Positions 28,197 to 39,800 of a stretch of 64,000 nucleotides of DNA are shown here, in pieces. Under the pieces are notes generated by a model. It saw only the letters and a program-made list of their open reading frames with translations. It was not told where the DNA came from and did not search any database. The stretch comes from Sphingobacteriia bacterium (lineage in GTDB: Bacteria > Bacteroidota > Bacteroidia > NS11-12g > UBA955), in NCBI GenBank assembly GCA_021151535.1, contig JAGKXC010000004.1, forward strand, positions 25,513-89,512, read 5' to 3'. A program made the translations under genes and the position numbers. Within the stretch, counting starts at the first letter, position 1. Every line of letters starts with the position of its first letter.

Positions 28197-29234
28197 ATGA
28201 AACGCTTATTGAGCATTGGTTTGTTTGTGGCATTTTTCGCCCTAGCTAACAGCGCCTTAGGTCAAACCCCACAACTGATTATCTGTAAAGGTAGCAGCAT
28301 TAATTATCAGGAGTTCAACGATCCCGGATCCCTGCCCTCAGTTGCTTGGGATTGGAAGTTTGCAGGCGGAACACCGGCAACATCCACTCTTAGACAGCCG
28401 GCAATTACCTATCCAGATACTGGATTGTTTTATACTGAATGTACTTCCACTTTTTCTGATGGTAGTAAAAAAACTCAGGGAATCTATGTTTTGGTTATTC
28501 AAAATACTTTTGACCCAATACCAATGAGAGACACAACAGTTTGTAATACTGCATTTTCCATCAATTTAAACGCAGCTAACAACTACCGTGAATATCATTA
28601 TTATTGGACGTCTTCGGATGTAAATCTATCCGGAATTGACACAACCAAAAGGACGCTTAACATTACAAAACCTGGTTCATATAGTGTAAAAGTTTATTCA
28701 AAATGCGGTTCATCCACCAAAACCATTACAGTAAAACAAGGTACTAAACCCGTTGTAGATTTGGGAATTGACAAGTTTGTATGTCGCAATGCAGCTGTTG
28801 TTTTGGATGCCGGCAACACAGTAGGCAATACCTATTTGTGGAATACAGGCGCTACATCGCCAACCATTACAGGTACCACAGCAGGTTTGTATTCGGTAAT
28901 CGTTACCTCTGCAGATGGTTGTAAAAGTTCAGACCAGGTGCAATTAATCGACTCTTGTCCGCCAATCGTTTATTTACCCAGTGCATTCACACCCAACGAC
29001 GCTCCTCCCAATGATATTTACAAACCTTATTTGGAAGGCTATGCTAAAATGTCCATGAAAATCTTCAACCGTTGGGGTCAATTGATGTTTGAAACCACTG
29101 ACATCAATGGAGGATGGGACGGAAACTACATGAACGCTCCAGCCCAAGAGGGTGTGTACATTTGTTTATTAGAACTTGTTGGCAACAACACTTTTAGAAA
29201 AGTATTAAAACAAAACTTCACTTTATTACGTTAA
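28197..29234 (+). CDS. T9SS type-B sorting-domain (gliding-motility-associated C-terminal domain) secreted protein with PKD-like domain
   Basis: Signal peptide MKRLLSIGLFVAFFALANSALGQ. C-terminus LPSAFTPN...YKP...MKIFNRWGQLMFET.D...GWDG...EGVY...FTLLR. Confidence 0.8.
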   Translation: MKRLLSIGLFVAFFALANSALGQTPQLIICKGSSINYQEFNDPGSLPSVAWDWKFAGGTPATSTLRQPAITYPDTGLFYTECTSTFSDGSKKTQGIYVLVIQNTFDPIPMRDTTVCNTAFSINLNAANNYREYHYYWTSSDVNLSGIDTTKRTLNITKPGSYSVKVYSKCGSSTKTITVKQGTKPVVDLGIDKFVCRNAAVVLDAGNTVGNTYLWNTGATSPTITGTTAGLYSVIVTSADGCKSSDQVQLIDSCPPIVYLPSAFTPNDAPPNDIYKPYLEGYAKMSMKIFNRWGQLMFETTDINGGWDGNYMNAPAQEGVYICLLELVGNNTFRKVLKQNFTLLR

Positions 29235-29267
29235 GTAGTTTAAAGTCAATAAAATCGCCTTATTATA

Positions 29268-31586
29268 ATGACCAAAAATCGCTCAACTTATTTCGGTACT
29301 GCCTTATTTTTCTTGGCGATGGTATCGACTAATCTTTTGGATGCACAAACCAAAAATGTTTTAAAAGCACGCAAGGCGTTTGCTGAGAAAAAATATGCTG
29401 CTGCACAAAAAATCTGCGCAAAAGGATTAGAAAAACAACGCGACGATTATGAGTTGTATTACATCAAATCGATTTGCGAATTTCAAATGAGTGAGATTTC
29501 AAAATACGCTAATGGAGATAACAATTGGGCGAAAGATGCAGTTAAAAGCGCGGTAAAAGCGAGAAAATTCGATGATAACAATATTTATTTCTCAACGTAT
29601 GCTGAGCAATTGAAGCCTATTGTTGCTTACAACAATCAACAAGCTTTGGCCAATTATGCGCAAAAGAAGTATGCACAAGCGGTTCAAATGTATCGAAACA
29701 GTTATGAATTAACTGGCGATACGGTTGCATTTGGAATGATGGGATACAGTTTATATCTCAAGGGCGATGAGATGGAAGCCATTAAAACCATGAGAATTGT
29801 GGCTGGATGGAACTATGCTGCCTTTGCAAAAAACGAAAAACCAAACACATACGTTAGAGAAGCTTTTGAGGTTTTAACTGATTACTACTACCAGAAAAAA
29901 CAGGGCGATAGCGCTATTTTGTATTGCGAAATGGGCTTGGAAGTTTTTCCAAAAAACTTACGATTATTGGGTTTTGAAAAGCAAATGCTGAGCACGGCGA
30001 TGGCCAAAACCAAAGAAAAAACAGGGTTAAGCACATTGTATAACAGTTTGTTAGAAAAAGGGTTAAGCTACTTCCCTTCTGATACTTTCTTTTTGCATCA
30101 GCAGAACGCTTACTATTTAAATAGAATCGCCCAAGCTTGCGATGAAGGAAGATTGAATGATGCTTATTTGTTTCATTTAGACTTTTATAACCGCAAACAA
30201 GAATTGATCGCCTTAAAATCTGTAAACAAAAGCGATCCATTTTTATTGAAGGATTCGATTGGATTTATGGCCAGAGGTTTAGAATATTATTTGGCAAGGA
30301 ATGAATCCAAGGCAACTCTATTTTACTTTTTCAAGTGGTTTGGGGCTTATTATCATATTGACAAAATTGATGAAAAAACAGTTGATGGCATGTTAAAAAT
30401 ACCACCCCAACAGCTGAGTAGAAGACTTGTATCAATGTTGGTGGAATATTCTATCGCTACCTATCCAAAAAACAAGAACTTCAGGCAATACAGATTAAAT
30501 ATTTTACAAGATTGGACAAAGAAGCCTGTTCCGTATTATGAATGGGAAAGGATTTTGAGATTCAGCGACAGTGTTGCTAAGGATTTTCCTAAGAATACAG
30601 CATTTAAATCAGAGCGATTAAAATTATATTTCAGAGGCATTGATAGTTGTAGCAAATTGAAACATTTTGATTTGGCTTGGAAATATTATTATCAACTTCA
30701 AGATTTAGCGATTGCACCAGCCTTAGATTTAAAAAATTGGCAAGAAAAATTGGCAAAGGCTGATTTTGAATATCGTTTTAAAGGAAGCAAAATATATTAT
30801 ACAACGATTGCGGGAAGTAAAACCAAAAAAATTGCTCAAACCGGTTGGACAGGTGGAAACACCAAACTATGTGAGCCAGGCAAATTACCAGATTCAACGT
30901 TGATAAAAATTACCAATCGCATAAACTATTTCCGTCAGAACAGTGGGGCATTAAATCCTTACATGTTGGATTTTGGCAAGGTTGCTGGAGCACAAGAGGC
31001 TGCCGTTTTGTTTTCTAACAAAGGAGTATTTACCCAAACACCAAAACCCGAAACACATCCATGTTATACAGATTTAGCAGCAACGGCCTGTGAATTGGGA
31101 ATGGCGGTTCAAGAATCGAATCCAGCGCAGAGTACCACAATATTGATGAGCGATAAAAAATCAGAAGTCTTTTTAACCCGCAGAATGTTAACCCATCCTG
31201 GTTTTGAAACTTTTGGTGTAGGTTCTGCGGAAAACAATTCATTTTTCTGGATTGCGGAACAACAAGCACCTATTTTAGATAGCAATTTCTGGAAAAAACA
31301 TGCTGTGACTTGGCCGGTTGCTGGCGCATCTCCAGCAATGTTGGTGTTTGATCAGTGGAGTTATAGTTCATTGATTGATTTGTCCAAAGCCACTGTTAAA
31401 ATGGTATCTACCAAATTGGGAGCCATAGAGGTTACCCAAAGATGGGTTGCTGGAAGTGCCGTTGGTTTGCCTACATTGGTTTGGGAATCGGTGGTAGAAC
31501 AAAAATGGGAACCGGGCGATAAAATCACGGTAACCATTGAAGTTGCCAAAATGAAACCCATACAATATCAGGTATTACTATTTTAG
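29268..31586 (+). CDS. Large secreted protein: TPR-like helical N-region plus CAP/SCP-like domain
   Basis: Signal peptide. Helical-repeat N-half. INYFRQNSGALNPYML..GAQEAAV... and ...RRMLTHPGFETFGVGSAENNSFFW resemble the CAP superfamily. Confidence 0.5.
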   Translation: MTKNRSTYFGTALFFLAMVSTNLLDAQTKNVLKARKAFAEKKYAAAQKICAKGLEKQRDDYELYYIKSICEFQMSEISKYANGDNNWAKDAVKSAVKARKFDDNNIYFSTYAEQLKPIVAYNNQQALANYAQKKYAQAVQMYRNSYELTGDTVAFGMMGYSLYLKGDEMEAIKTMRIVAGWNYAAFAKNEKPNTYVREAFEVLTDYYYQKKQGDSAILYCEMGLEVFPKNLRLLGFEKQMLSTAMAKTKEKTGLSTLYNSLLEKGLSYFPSDTFFLHQQNAYYLNRIAQACDEGRLNDAYLFHLDFYNRKQELIALKSVNKSDPFLLKDSIGFMARGLEYYLARNESKATLFYFFKWFGAYYHIDKIDEKTVDGMLKIPPQQLSRRLVSMLVEYSIATYPKNKNFRQYRLNILQDWTKKPVPYYEWERILRFSDSVAKDFPKNTAFKSERLKLYFRGIDSCSKLKHFDLAWKYYYQLQDLAIAPALDLKNWQEKLAKADFEYRFKGSKIYYTTIAGSKTKKIAQTGWTGGNTKLCEPGKLPDSTLIKITNRINYFRQNSGALNPYMLDFGKVAGAQEAAVLFSNKGVFTQTPKPETHPCYTDLAATACELGMAVQESNPAQSTTILMSDKKSEVFLTRRMLTHPGFETFGVGSAENNSFFWIAEQQAPILDSNFWKKHAVTWPVAGASPAMLVFDQWSYSSLIDLSKATVKMVSTKLGAIEVTQRWVAGSAVGLPTLVWESVVEQKWEPGDKITVTIEVAKMKPIQYQVLLF

Positions 31587-31686
31587 ATTTTTCGTTTTTT
31601 GGGCTAATTAACAACCATCATCTTTAAGACAATCAGACGTTTACGAAAAATAACACGAATCTATTGCTATTGAATAGAAAAAACGT

Positions 31687-31694
31687 TATTTTTG
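31687..31694 (+). promoter_or_regulatory. Candidate -7 promoter element (TATTTTTG)
   Basis: Exact TAnnTTTG match, 19 nt upstream of the tRNA-Leu 5' end. Confidence 0.45.
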
Positions 31695-31712
31695 CAGTCC
31701 TTTTTATCCTAT

Positions 31713-31794
31713 GCACGCGTGGCGTAATTGGTAGCCGCACCAGACTTAGGATCTGGCGCCGCGAGGCGTGGGGGTTCGAGTCCCTCCGCGTGCA
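31713..31794 (+). tRNA. tRNA-Leu (anticodon TAG)
   Basis: Manual fold. Acceptor GCACGCG/CGCGTGC, anticodon arm CCAGA-CTTAGGA-TCTGG, long variable arm CGCCGCGAGGCGT, T-arm GGGGG-TTCGAGT-CCCTC. Confidence 0.9.
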
Positions 31795-31861
31795 CTAAAT
31801 CTAACATCAACCCTGCAAAGGGTTGTGTTGTTTATAGAGTTTTACGTAAAAAACAATTCCC

Positions 31862-33244
31862 GTGAATATCGATTTTCAGAAACACGACGATTTAAATGCC
31901 ACAGTAGTTATTTCATTAGAAAAGAACGACTACCAAGAGGGTGTTGAAAAAGAATTAAAATCTCTTCAAAAAAGAGCTGCCATTAAAGGTTTTAGACCTG
32001 GAAAAACCCCAATGGGAATGATCCAAAAAATGTATGGCAAAAGCATCTTAGCCGATGAGATCCAAAGAATCGCAACTGATGCAATTAACCAATATATCAA
32101 TGATGAAAAGCTTGATATTTTGGGTTACCCTATCGCCAGTGAAAAGGTTGAAAGTGATTTGGACATTGACAATTCAGAAAATTTCAAATTCGCTTTTGAT
32201 TTGGGTTTAGCGCCTCAATTTGAATTGGCAGTTAGCAAAAAAGACACTTTGGAATTATTTGACATTGAGGTTTCTGACAAGGAAGTTACTGAAGATATCA
32301 ACTATTCTCGCAGAAGAAATGGCAAGTTGGAAGATGTTGAGAAATCTGAAGATGAAGATATCATTTATGCTACCGTAACTGAATTATCTGAAAGCGGAGA
32401 AGCTTTAGAAGGCGGTATCGCGGATAAAACAATCAGTTTTGTTCCTAATTTGGTGGAAAATGCGAAATTGAAGAAAGCCTTTATCGGTAAAAAAGTTGGC
32501 GATGTTGTAAAAGCAGATATCAAATTGTTGTTAAACAACAATGAAACAGTTATTTCAAGTTCTTTGGGCATTGCAAAAGAAGGTGTAAATGATTTGGGTG
32601 AGCAGTTCCAAGTTGAAATTAAAGAAATTAAGAGAAGAACTGATTCTGAATTAAACGAAGAATACTACAGACAATTGTTTGGCGATGATATCCCTGCATC
32701 TGAAGATGAATATCGCGAAAGAATCAAAAACAATTTGGTTCAGTATTATAAAAATGAGGCTGATCTTTGGTTGGATCACCAAATCGGACATATTTTATTA
32801 GAAAAACACCAAATCGTTTTGCCAGACAATTTCTTGAAACGTTGGTTGATCACTACCAAGGGTGAAGATTATAACTTCGATAATATTGAAGAAAAATATG
32901 CTGAGGAAAAAAGCGCGCTTCAAAGAAGATTGGTAATTGACAAAATTGCTGCAGAAAGCAAAATCGAAGCTACTGCAGAAGAGGTTCGCGAAGAAGCTAG
33001 AATTTATTTTGTAGGTTTATACAGACAATATGGTTTAACCATAGGTATGCAAGATCAATTCTTAGATGAAACTATCAATAAGCGTTTGGGTGATCGTGAG
33101 TTTATTATGCAAATGACAGACAGAGTAATCTATCGCAAGGCATATGATGCTATTAAAGAATTAGCAACCATCAAAACCAAAAAAATCAGCGTTGAAGATT
33201 ATTTCAAGCACATCAATGAGCACAAAGCTGCTCATGGTGAATAA
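31862..33244 (+). CDS. tig: Trigger factor
   Basis: The N-terminal ribosome-binding region contains GFRPGKTP. Length and acidic composition are typical. GTG start. Confidence 0.85.
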   Translation: MNIDFQKHDDLNATVVISLEKNDYQEGVEKELKSLQKRAAIKGFRPGKTPMGMIQKMYGKSILADEIQRIATDAINQYINDEKLDILGYPIASEKVESDLDIDNSENFKFAFDLGLAPQFELAVSKKDTLELFDIEVSDKEVTEDINYSRRRNGKLEDVEKSEDEDIIYATVTELSESGEALEGGIADKTISFVPNLVENAKLKKAFIGKKVGDVVKADIKLLLNNNETVISSSLGIAKEGVNDLGEQFQVEIKEIKRRTDSELNEEYYRQLFGDDIPASEDEYRERIKNNLVQYYKNEADLWLDHQIGHILLEKHQIVLPDNFLKRWLITTKGEDYNFDNIEEKYAEEKSALQRRLVIDKIAAESKIEATAEEVREEARIYFVGLYRQYGLTIGMQDQFLDETINKRLGDREFIMQMTDRVIYRKAYDAIKELATIKTKKISVEDYFKHINEHKAAHGE

Positions 33245-33280
33245 TCACTGAAAGAATTCGCAAATTCAACTATAATAAAA

Positions 33281-33313
33281 GAGACTTTCCCGATGGAAGG
33301 TCTCTTTTTTTTT
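33281..33313 (+). terminator. Rho-independent terminator after tig
   Basis: GAGACTTTCC-CGAT-GGAAGGTCTC followed by T9. Confidence 0.8.
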
Positions 33314-33346
33314 ATGAATGTATATGGGGGTAAGGCTCAACTTTTG

Positions 33347-33354
33347 TAGATTTG
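33347..33354 (+). promoter_or_regulatory. Candidate -7 promoter element (TAGATTTG) for clpP-clpX
   Basis: Exact TAnnTTTG match, 20 nt upstream of the clpP ATG and downstream of the tig terminator. Confidence 0.35.
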
Positions 33355-33374
33355 TTAATTAATATTTGAATATC

Positions 33375-34070
33375 ATGGATCACGGCAAAGAATTTAAAAA
33401 ATACGCAACCAAACATTTGGGAATTAATAGTTTAAGAGTAGACCAATATGAAAACATAGTTTCTCAACATGCAGGTGGAATCTATGGTTTAACGCCAAAC
33501 ATCATTGAAGAAAGACCGATGAACGCAAGTGTTATCGATATTTTTTCTCGATTGATGATGGATAGAATTATATTTATGGGTGTTCCAATTTACGACGATA
33601 TGGCCAATATCATTTTGGGTCAATTGTTGTTTTTGGAAAGTGCTAACCCCAATCGCGACATTCAAATTTATATCAATAGCCCAGGTGGAAGTGTGTACGC
33701 TGGTTTGGCTATCTACGACACTATGCAGTATATTAGCTCTGATGTTGCCACCATTTGTACAGGGATGGCAGCAAGTATGGGTGCCGTTTTGATGTGCGCT
33801 GGTGCAGCAGGAAAACGTACAGCTCTTCCCCACTCTAGAATTATGATTCACCAACCATTGGGTGGTGCTAATGGTCAGGCCTCCGATATTGAAATCACCT
33901 ACAAAGAAATCAGTAAGTTGAAAAAAGAATTGTACGATATCATTTCTTTCCACAGCGGACAACCATTTGAGAAAGTGGAAAAAGATAGTGATCGTGATTA
34001 TTGGATGATTGCTGATGAAGCAAAGGCCTATGGCATGATCGACGAAGTTTTGGGTAGAAGAAACAAATAA
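33375..34070 (+). CDS. clpP: ATP-dependent Clp protease proteolytic subunit
   Basis: GMAASMGA (catalytic Ser), IMIHQPLGG (His) and DRDYWM (Asp). Confidence 0.95.
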   Translation: MDHGKEFKKYATKHLGINSLRVDQYENIVSQHAGGIYGLTPNIIEERPMNASVIDIFSRLMMDRIIFMGVPIYDDMANIILGQLLFLESANPNRDIQIYINSPGGSVYAGLAIYDTMQYISSDVATICTGMAASMGAVLMCAGAAGKRTALPHSRIMIHQPLGGANGQASDIEITYKEISKLKKELYDIISFHSGQPFEKVEKDSDRDYWMIADEAKAYGMIDEVLGRRNK

Positions 34071-34082
34071 TAATTATTAAAG

Positions 34083-35378
34083 ATGAAGAACAAGGAGCAG
34101 ATTTGTTCCTTTTGCGGTCGTAAAAAAACTGAATCTATGATGCTTATCACAGGTTTAGACGGCCATATATGCGAAAGTTGTGTAGATCAAGCACATAAAA
34201 TTGTTGAAAAGGAAATGGGCTTTTCCAACTCCGCAAGCAAGAAAGGAAGTGTTTCTGGCGATACAGGAATGGCAACCAACAAGGCGGGAAAAGGAAATAA
34301 AATAGCTGATTCTGCAAAAACGCCTACACCCAAGGAAATCAAATCACATTTAGACGAATATGTGATTGGTCAGGATTATGCAAAAAAAGTATTAAGCGTA
34401 GCAGTTTATAATCACTACAAAAGGCTTAATGATGGCAAATCAAGTAAAAACGAAGGCGTTGAAATAGAAAAAAGCAACATACTTTTAATTGGTGAAACGG
34501 GAACAGGTAAAACGTTGTTGGCTAAAACATTGGCCAAAATCATGGATGTTCCTTTTTGTATCGCAGATGCAACTGTTTTAACAGAAGCTGGTTACGTAGG
34601 AGAAGATGTTGAAAGCATTATTTCAAGATTATTACAAGTAGCTAATTACGATCCTGAAAAAGCGCAACGTGGTATCATTTACTTGGATGAAATTGATAAA
34701 ATTGCAAGGAAAAGTGATAATCCATCCATCACCAGAGATGTTAGTGGCGAAGGCGTTCAACAAGGATTATTGAAATTATTAGAAGGAACTATTGCAAATG
34801 TAGCTCCAGAAGGTGGACGTAAACACCCAGATCAGAAGTACATTAAAGTTGATACAAGTCAGATTTTGTTTATTTGTGGTGGTGCATTTGATGGCATTAA
34901 AGAAGTAATAGGTAGACGAATCCAAAATAACGCAGTTGGCTTTAAACGTTCAGATAGCAAAGAATTAAATGAACAGAATTTGCTATCTTATATTTCGCCA
35001 CAGGATTTAAAGAAATTCGGACTTATTCCTGAATTAATCGGGCGATTACCTGTGTTAGCTGCATTGGAACCATTGGACAAACCAGCTTTAAGGTTAATTT
35101 TAACAGAGCCCAAAAACGCTTTGGTAAAACAATATGAACATCTATTTGATTTAGACGAAGTTGCCTTGGAGTTTGACGCTGATGCCATCGAGTTTATTGT
35201 AGATATTGCATTTGAGAACAAATTGGGAGCAAGAGGATTACGCGGAATTTGCGAAACGATTTTGCAAGACTTTATGTTTGAAATACCCAGTGATAAAACA
35301 AGAAATAAACTAGTGATTTCAAGAGAAATGGCTGAATCGAAATGGCAACATTGGGATCAACAAAAGTTTACAGCTTAA
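34083..35378 (+). CDS. clpX: ATP-dependent Clp protease ATP-binding subunit ClpX
   Basis: N-terminal zinc finger CSFCGR...CESC. Walker A GETGTGKT. Walker [10 protein letters not shown]. Confidence 0.95.
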   Translation: MKNKEQICSFCGRKKTESMMLITGLDGHICESCVDQAHKIVEKEMGFSNSASKKGSVSGDTGMATNKAGKGNKIADSAKTPTPKEIKSHLDEYVIGQDYAKKVLSVAVYNHYKRLNDGKSSKNEGVEIEKSNILLIGETGTGKTLLAKTLAKIMDVPFCIADATVLTEAGYVGEDVESIISRLLQVANYDPEKAQRGIIYLDEIDKIARKSDNPSITRDVSGEGVQQGLLKLLEGTIANVAPEGGRKHPDQKYIKVDTSQILFICGGAFDGIKEVIGRRIQNNAVGFKRSDSKELNEQNLLSYISPQDLKKFGLIPELIGRLPVLAALEPLDKPALRLILTEPKNALVKQYEHLFDLDEVALEFDADAIEFIVDIAFENKLGARGLRGICETILQDFMFEIPSDKTRNKLVISREMAESKWQHWDQQKFTA

Positions 35379-35428
35379 TCAATAATTAATTTTTTAATTC
35401 CATATTTTGGGTAAATTGCACCCTTTGT

Positions 35429-36757
35429 ATGGAAAAAAACAATAAAAAGATTTTAAATGCTTGGGCCATGTATGATTGGGCCAATAGTGTTTATCCGTTG
35501 GTAATTTCATCGGCGATTTTCCCTGTTTATTATACCGCAGTAACAACCCAAACGGATGCGGCTGGTAAAATTATAAACGATAATGTAATGGTTTGGGGTA
35601 TGCAATTCAAAAATACAGTTATTTCTAACTATGTATTAGCATTCTCTTTCCTAGTCATTTGTCTAACCAGTCCTTTATTAAGTGGGATCGCCGATACACG
35701 CGGTAATAAAAAAAGATTTTTACAATTCTTTTGTTATTTAGGTGCTATGGCTTGCGCCAGTTTATATTTCCTTAGTAAAGACCCAAACAGTTTACCATGG
35801 GGACTTTTATCTATCTTTTTCGCCAGTTTGGGATTTTGGAGTAGTGTAGTATTTTACAATAGTTACTTACCCGATATTGCCGATAATGAAACAATGGATA
35901 AAGTAAGTGCGAAAGGTTATTCTATGGGATACATGGGAAGTAGTTTAATGCTTATCCTTTGTTTGGTATTTATTCAAGCCCTTTCAGAACCGCTTCAATT
36001 AACAAAGGGCGAAGCTACAAGACTTTGTTTTGTAGGAGTTGCCATTTGGTGGATGGGATTTGCTCAGATTTTCTTTCGTAAAGTGAAAGAGGAAAAAAAA
36101 TCAAATTCAGGAGAATCTATTTTTAAAGGTTTCCATGAATTAAAAAAAGTTTGGCAACAAGTGAAAGTAAACAGAAGCATAAAAGTTTATCTAACATCAT
36201 TTTGGTTTTATTCTATGGGTGTTCAAACTGTAATGTTAGTAGCGGCCTATTTCGGAGCAAAATTCTTAAATATGAAAGCGGAAACACTATTACCTGTTAT
36301 ATTAACTATTCAGTTTGTTGGAATATTGGGCAGTATTTTCTTCTCTTGGATTTCGAAAAAATATGGCAACAAATTGTCGTTGAGTATCACCCTTATTGTT
36401 TGGGTACTAATATGTATTGGTGCTTGGTTCGACGCTGAATACAAATCAATAGAAGGATTTTTTGTTTTGGCATTTTTTGTAGGTGCAGTAATGGGAGGTA
36501 TTCAAAGTATGAGTAGAAGCACTTATTCTAAATTGATTCCCGAAGGCACTACAGACACAGCGTCTTTCTTTAGTTTTTATGATATCACTGAAAAATTTGC
36601 AATGGTAATTGGCTTATTCATTTTTGCCTATGTTGAACAGCATTCGCCAGTAAAAGGGATGCAAAATTCAGTTCTTGCTTTAATCGTATTTTTTATTATT
36701 GGATTCTTTACACTATTGAGATTGAAAGATCCCAAATTGCTGCCTAAAAAAGATTAA
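35429..36757 (+). CDS. MFS transporter (UMF1/Atg22-like family)
   Basis: WAMYDWANSVY N-terminal signature and about 12 TM segments. Confidence 0.75.
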   Translation: MEKNNKKILNAWAMYDWANSVYPLVISSAIFPVYYTAVTTQTDAAGKIINDNVMVWGMQFKNTVISNYVLAFSFLVICLTSPLLSGIADTRGNKKRFLQFFCYLGAMACASLYFLSKDPNSLPWGLLSIFFASLGFWSSVVFYNSYLPDIADNETMDKVSAKGYSMGYMGSSLMLILCLVFIQALSEPLQLTKGEATRLCFVGVAIWWMGFAQIFFRKVKEEKKSNSGESIFKGFHELKKVWQQVKVNRSIKVYLTSFWFYSMGVQTVMLVAAYFGAKFLNMKAETLLPVILTIQFVGILGSIFFSWISKKYGNKLSLSITLIVWVLICIGAWFDAEYKSIEGFFVLAFFVGAVMGGIQSMSRSTYSKLIPEGTTDTASFFSFYDITEKFAMVIGLFIFAYVEQHSPVKGMQNSVLALIVFFIIGFFTLLRLKDPKLLPKKD

Positions 36758-36780
36758 ATAGTTTTTTCAATTTTACTTTT

Positions 36781-36820
36781 AAAACAAAAAAGGTTACCAA
36801 ATGGTAACCTTTTTTGTTTT
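36781..36820. terminator. Bidirectional terminator, perfect 18-bp inverted repeat
   Basis: AAAACAAAAAAGGTTACC-AAAT-GGTAACCTTTTTTGTTTT. Confidence 0.8.
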
Positions 36821-36838
36821 AAATACTTCAATTATTTG

Positions 36839-39800
36839 TTATCTCAACAATGTAACTGTACCCCTAAACTCTAATTTCTTCATATCCTTAGAGTAAAGTT
36901 GAATGTAATAAGTATAAACTCCTTCTTGACAGATTGCACCATTGGCCTTGCCATCCCATCCAGTATTTAAATCAGAAGTTTCATATAATTTTTCACCCCA
37001 GCGGTTAAAAATTATCATACTACCCTTTTCAAAGTTTTGGGCAGTGGGTTTAAAGCTGTTATTAATCGCTGGACCAACTTCATCTGGAGTAAATACGTTT
37101 GGAATGTAGATAATAATATCTGGACCTATTTTCACCCATTTAGATATAGTATCAGAACAACCATGGTTACTCGTTACTAATAAACTGATTTTGTAAGATG
37201 CGGTATCTTTACCGTATGCATATTTAGGATCTCGCAATGTAGATGTATCAGAACCAGTTCCATCACCAAAATTCCAATTATATTTTAAAATAGGATTAAA
37301 TGGATTTTGCTCAATGGTAGTTTGATTGATAATTCTAAATCTCGGAAGTGCAACTGTTGTGTAATAAGCAGGATCAGTAGAGAAATATGCCTTTGGTATT
37401 GGATAAGCTTCTACATTGTTTACCCCATAAACCTTGGTTTCACAACTACCAGAACTGTTTACTGCTTTTAACATCATGCTATATTTGCCCTGAGTGCTGT
37501 AGATAATTCCAGTTGGGTTTTGTAAATTAGATGTATCCCCATTCCCAAAATCCCAGAAATACTTCACTTGTGATGCAGGTAACCCAGACTTGTCGTTAGC
37601 TGTCCAATTCGTTGTTAAAGGAATACATCCGGCAGCAGTAGGTAATGGATCTAAGACCGGATACAAATGTAAAAGAATGGTAATTGAATCTTTAGCTGGC
37701 GGACAAACATCATTTGTAATTGGTTGTGTAACTACCCTTAATACTACTTTTTGATTGATTGCATCTTGAGTACCATTGTCAAAATTTATATTTTCATTAT
37801 ATGGGTTATCTATGATACCATCAACAGAAGGATCTTTAGTCCAAAGAACCTTATTATTTACATATTTAGTTGTGCTTTGGATGGCAAATGGTGTTCCTAT
37901 ACAAGCTGACGCAGGTTTAGGCGTTGTAATTTGCAATTCAGGTTTATTCCTAACAAATACCTGATAGGTTTCAGTATCTGTACATCCGTTATTATCTGTT
38001 AATACGAATCTAAATCCATGCGGTCCTTCAACATTGTTGGTTGTACCTGGTAACCATTTACCTGAATATTATCGTACAATTCCATGGTATCCCAGTTTAC
38101 ACATACAGGGTTTGGAGAAATTACTTTAATTGTTGGTTCTGGTACAATCTTTACTTTTACGGTATCACATGTTCTGCAACCAGTGATTTGGTCTTCTACG
38201 CACAATCCAAACTTATAATCGCCTTGGTAAAAATCATCCGCTGGAGTTCCAAATTTGAATCTCCAATCTGGGGTTCCCATTGGGTTATTGTTCACCAAAA
38301 TTGCTGTTGGATCAATTCCACCTGGAGATTGTAATACAGTCCAATCTAACTTGATACCAATCTTTACCTTGGGTTTCGCTGTTACTTGGTCCATACTGAT
38401 TTCTCCCAAATCCTGACAGAAAGAAGAGTCTCTCAAGTCTACCATTGGGTTACCATTGATTCTTTGGATTACACTATCAATATTAATACAACCGTTGGTG
38501 TCTTTATACCAGCCATATATCTTTGCTTGGAAACTATTACCATTCTGCAAAGATGCATTTTGCAAGGCGGTGGTTTTGAAACGATGACGTGTTGTTGTTA
38601 CTGAATCAACCATATTAAACACACTTCCTGATGGAGCTGGGCTCACGGTTGATGGTTTTGAGTAAACGTTGTTAGGAGTTTTATTTTCAAAGCCCCAAAT
38701 TCTTACACCTGACTCTTTACCTCTGTTAAAGAAGCTATTTAATTCAATATCTCCATAAACATAACACTGTGATTTCAATGGTTTGGGATCCCACTTCACA
38801 AATGGCAAAGCATTTACACGAAGAACCATGGTGTCTCGGTCTTCACAGGTTACACCCCCTTGTGTTACTTTCGTATATAAATCATAGCTAAAGAACTGAG
38901 GTGCGCCGCCAGGAGCATTGGTATTGGTGGGCTTCACCGTGTAGGTAGCCGCCGAACCCAGTGTTTGATTCTTGGTAATATCCGTCCACTGATAAATGCC
39001 TGTTAATGTAGAAGGTCTGTGGGTAGCTGTTATGGTTGTAGATTTTTGATTACAAATTGCCAAATCCTTTCCTGCTAAACTTACCACTGTGTCATTCACA
39101 AACAATTCAACGGTATCCTTCTTCTTACATTGCCATTTCCGCTCCATTACCTCAACGATATACTTACCTTTCACATTCACTGTAATGGTTCGGGTAGTAT
39201 CGCCATTACTCCATTTGTATTTTACCGAATCTGCATTCTGCGCATCAAACGTAAAAGTTTGATAAGTACAAATTCTCTGATCCGGACCTAAACCAACAAC
39301 TGGCAGCGGTTTCACATAAATTGTTAATGTATCATAGAAAGCACAACCATCGCCATCTTTTACACGAACACGGATGGTAGAGTCCAATAGTAACTGAATG
39401 GCGCTTTACCATGTAGCACATTGGCATAAAGCGACATCAAAGTACCTTTACAAGCAAAAGTATCTTTTGAAGCCAAGGTAACTGTTGGCGGATCGGGGAT
39501 AATAACTGTGTCTCTATAAATTGTTGGACAGTTATCAGAGTTGTTTACAGTATGAACAATGATGTACTTACCACCTTTATAGAAGGTCATGGTATCGGTT
39601 TTTTTGGCACTGTAAAAAATTTCATTACTACCTAAACTATCTCTTACACTCCATCTAAATGAGGGAACTCCCTTAAATGTGGCTGAAACTGAAGCTGCCA
39701 TGGCGAATTTACCACATTTCAAAATGGTATATTTACGTTGGCTAAATGCTCTTGGATTAACCTTTACTTTAAAACCACGAATTGCGATAGAAGGTTTTGG

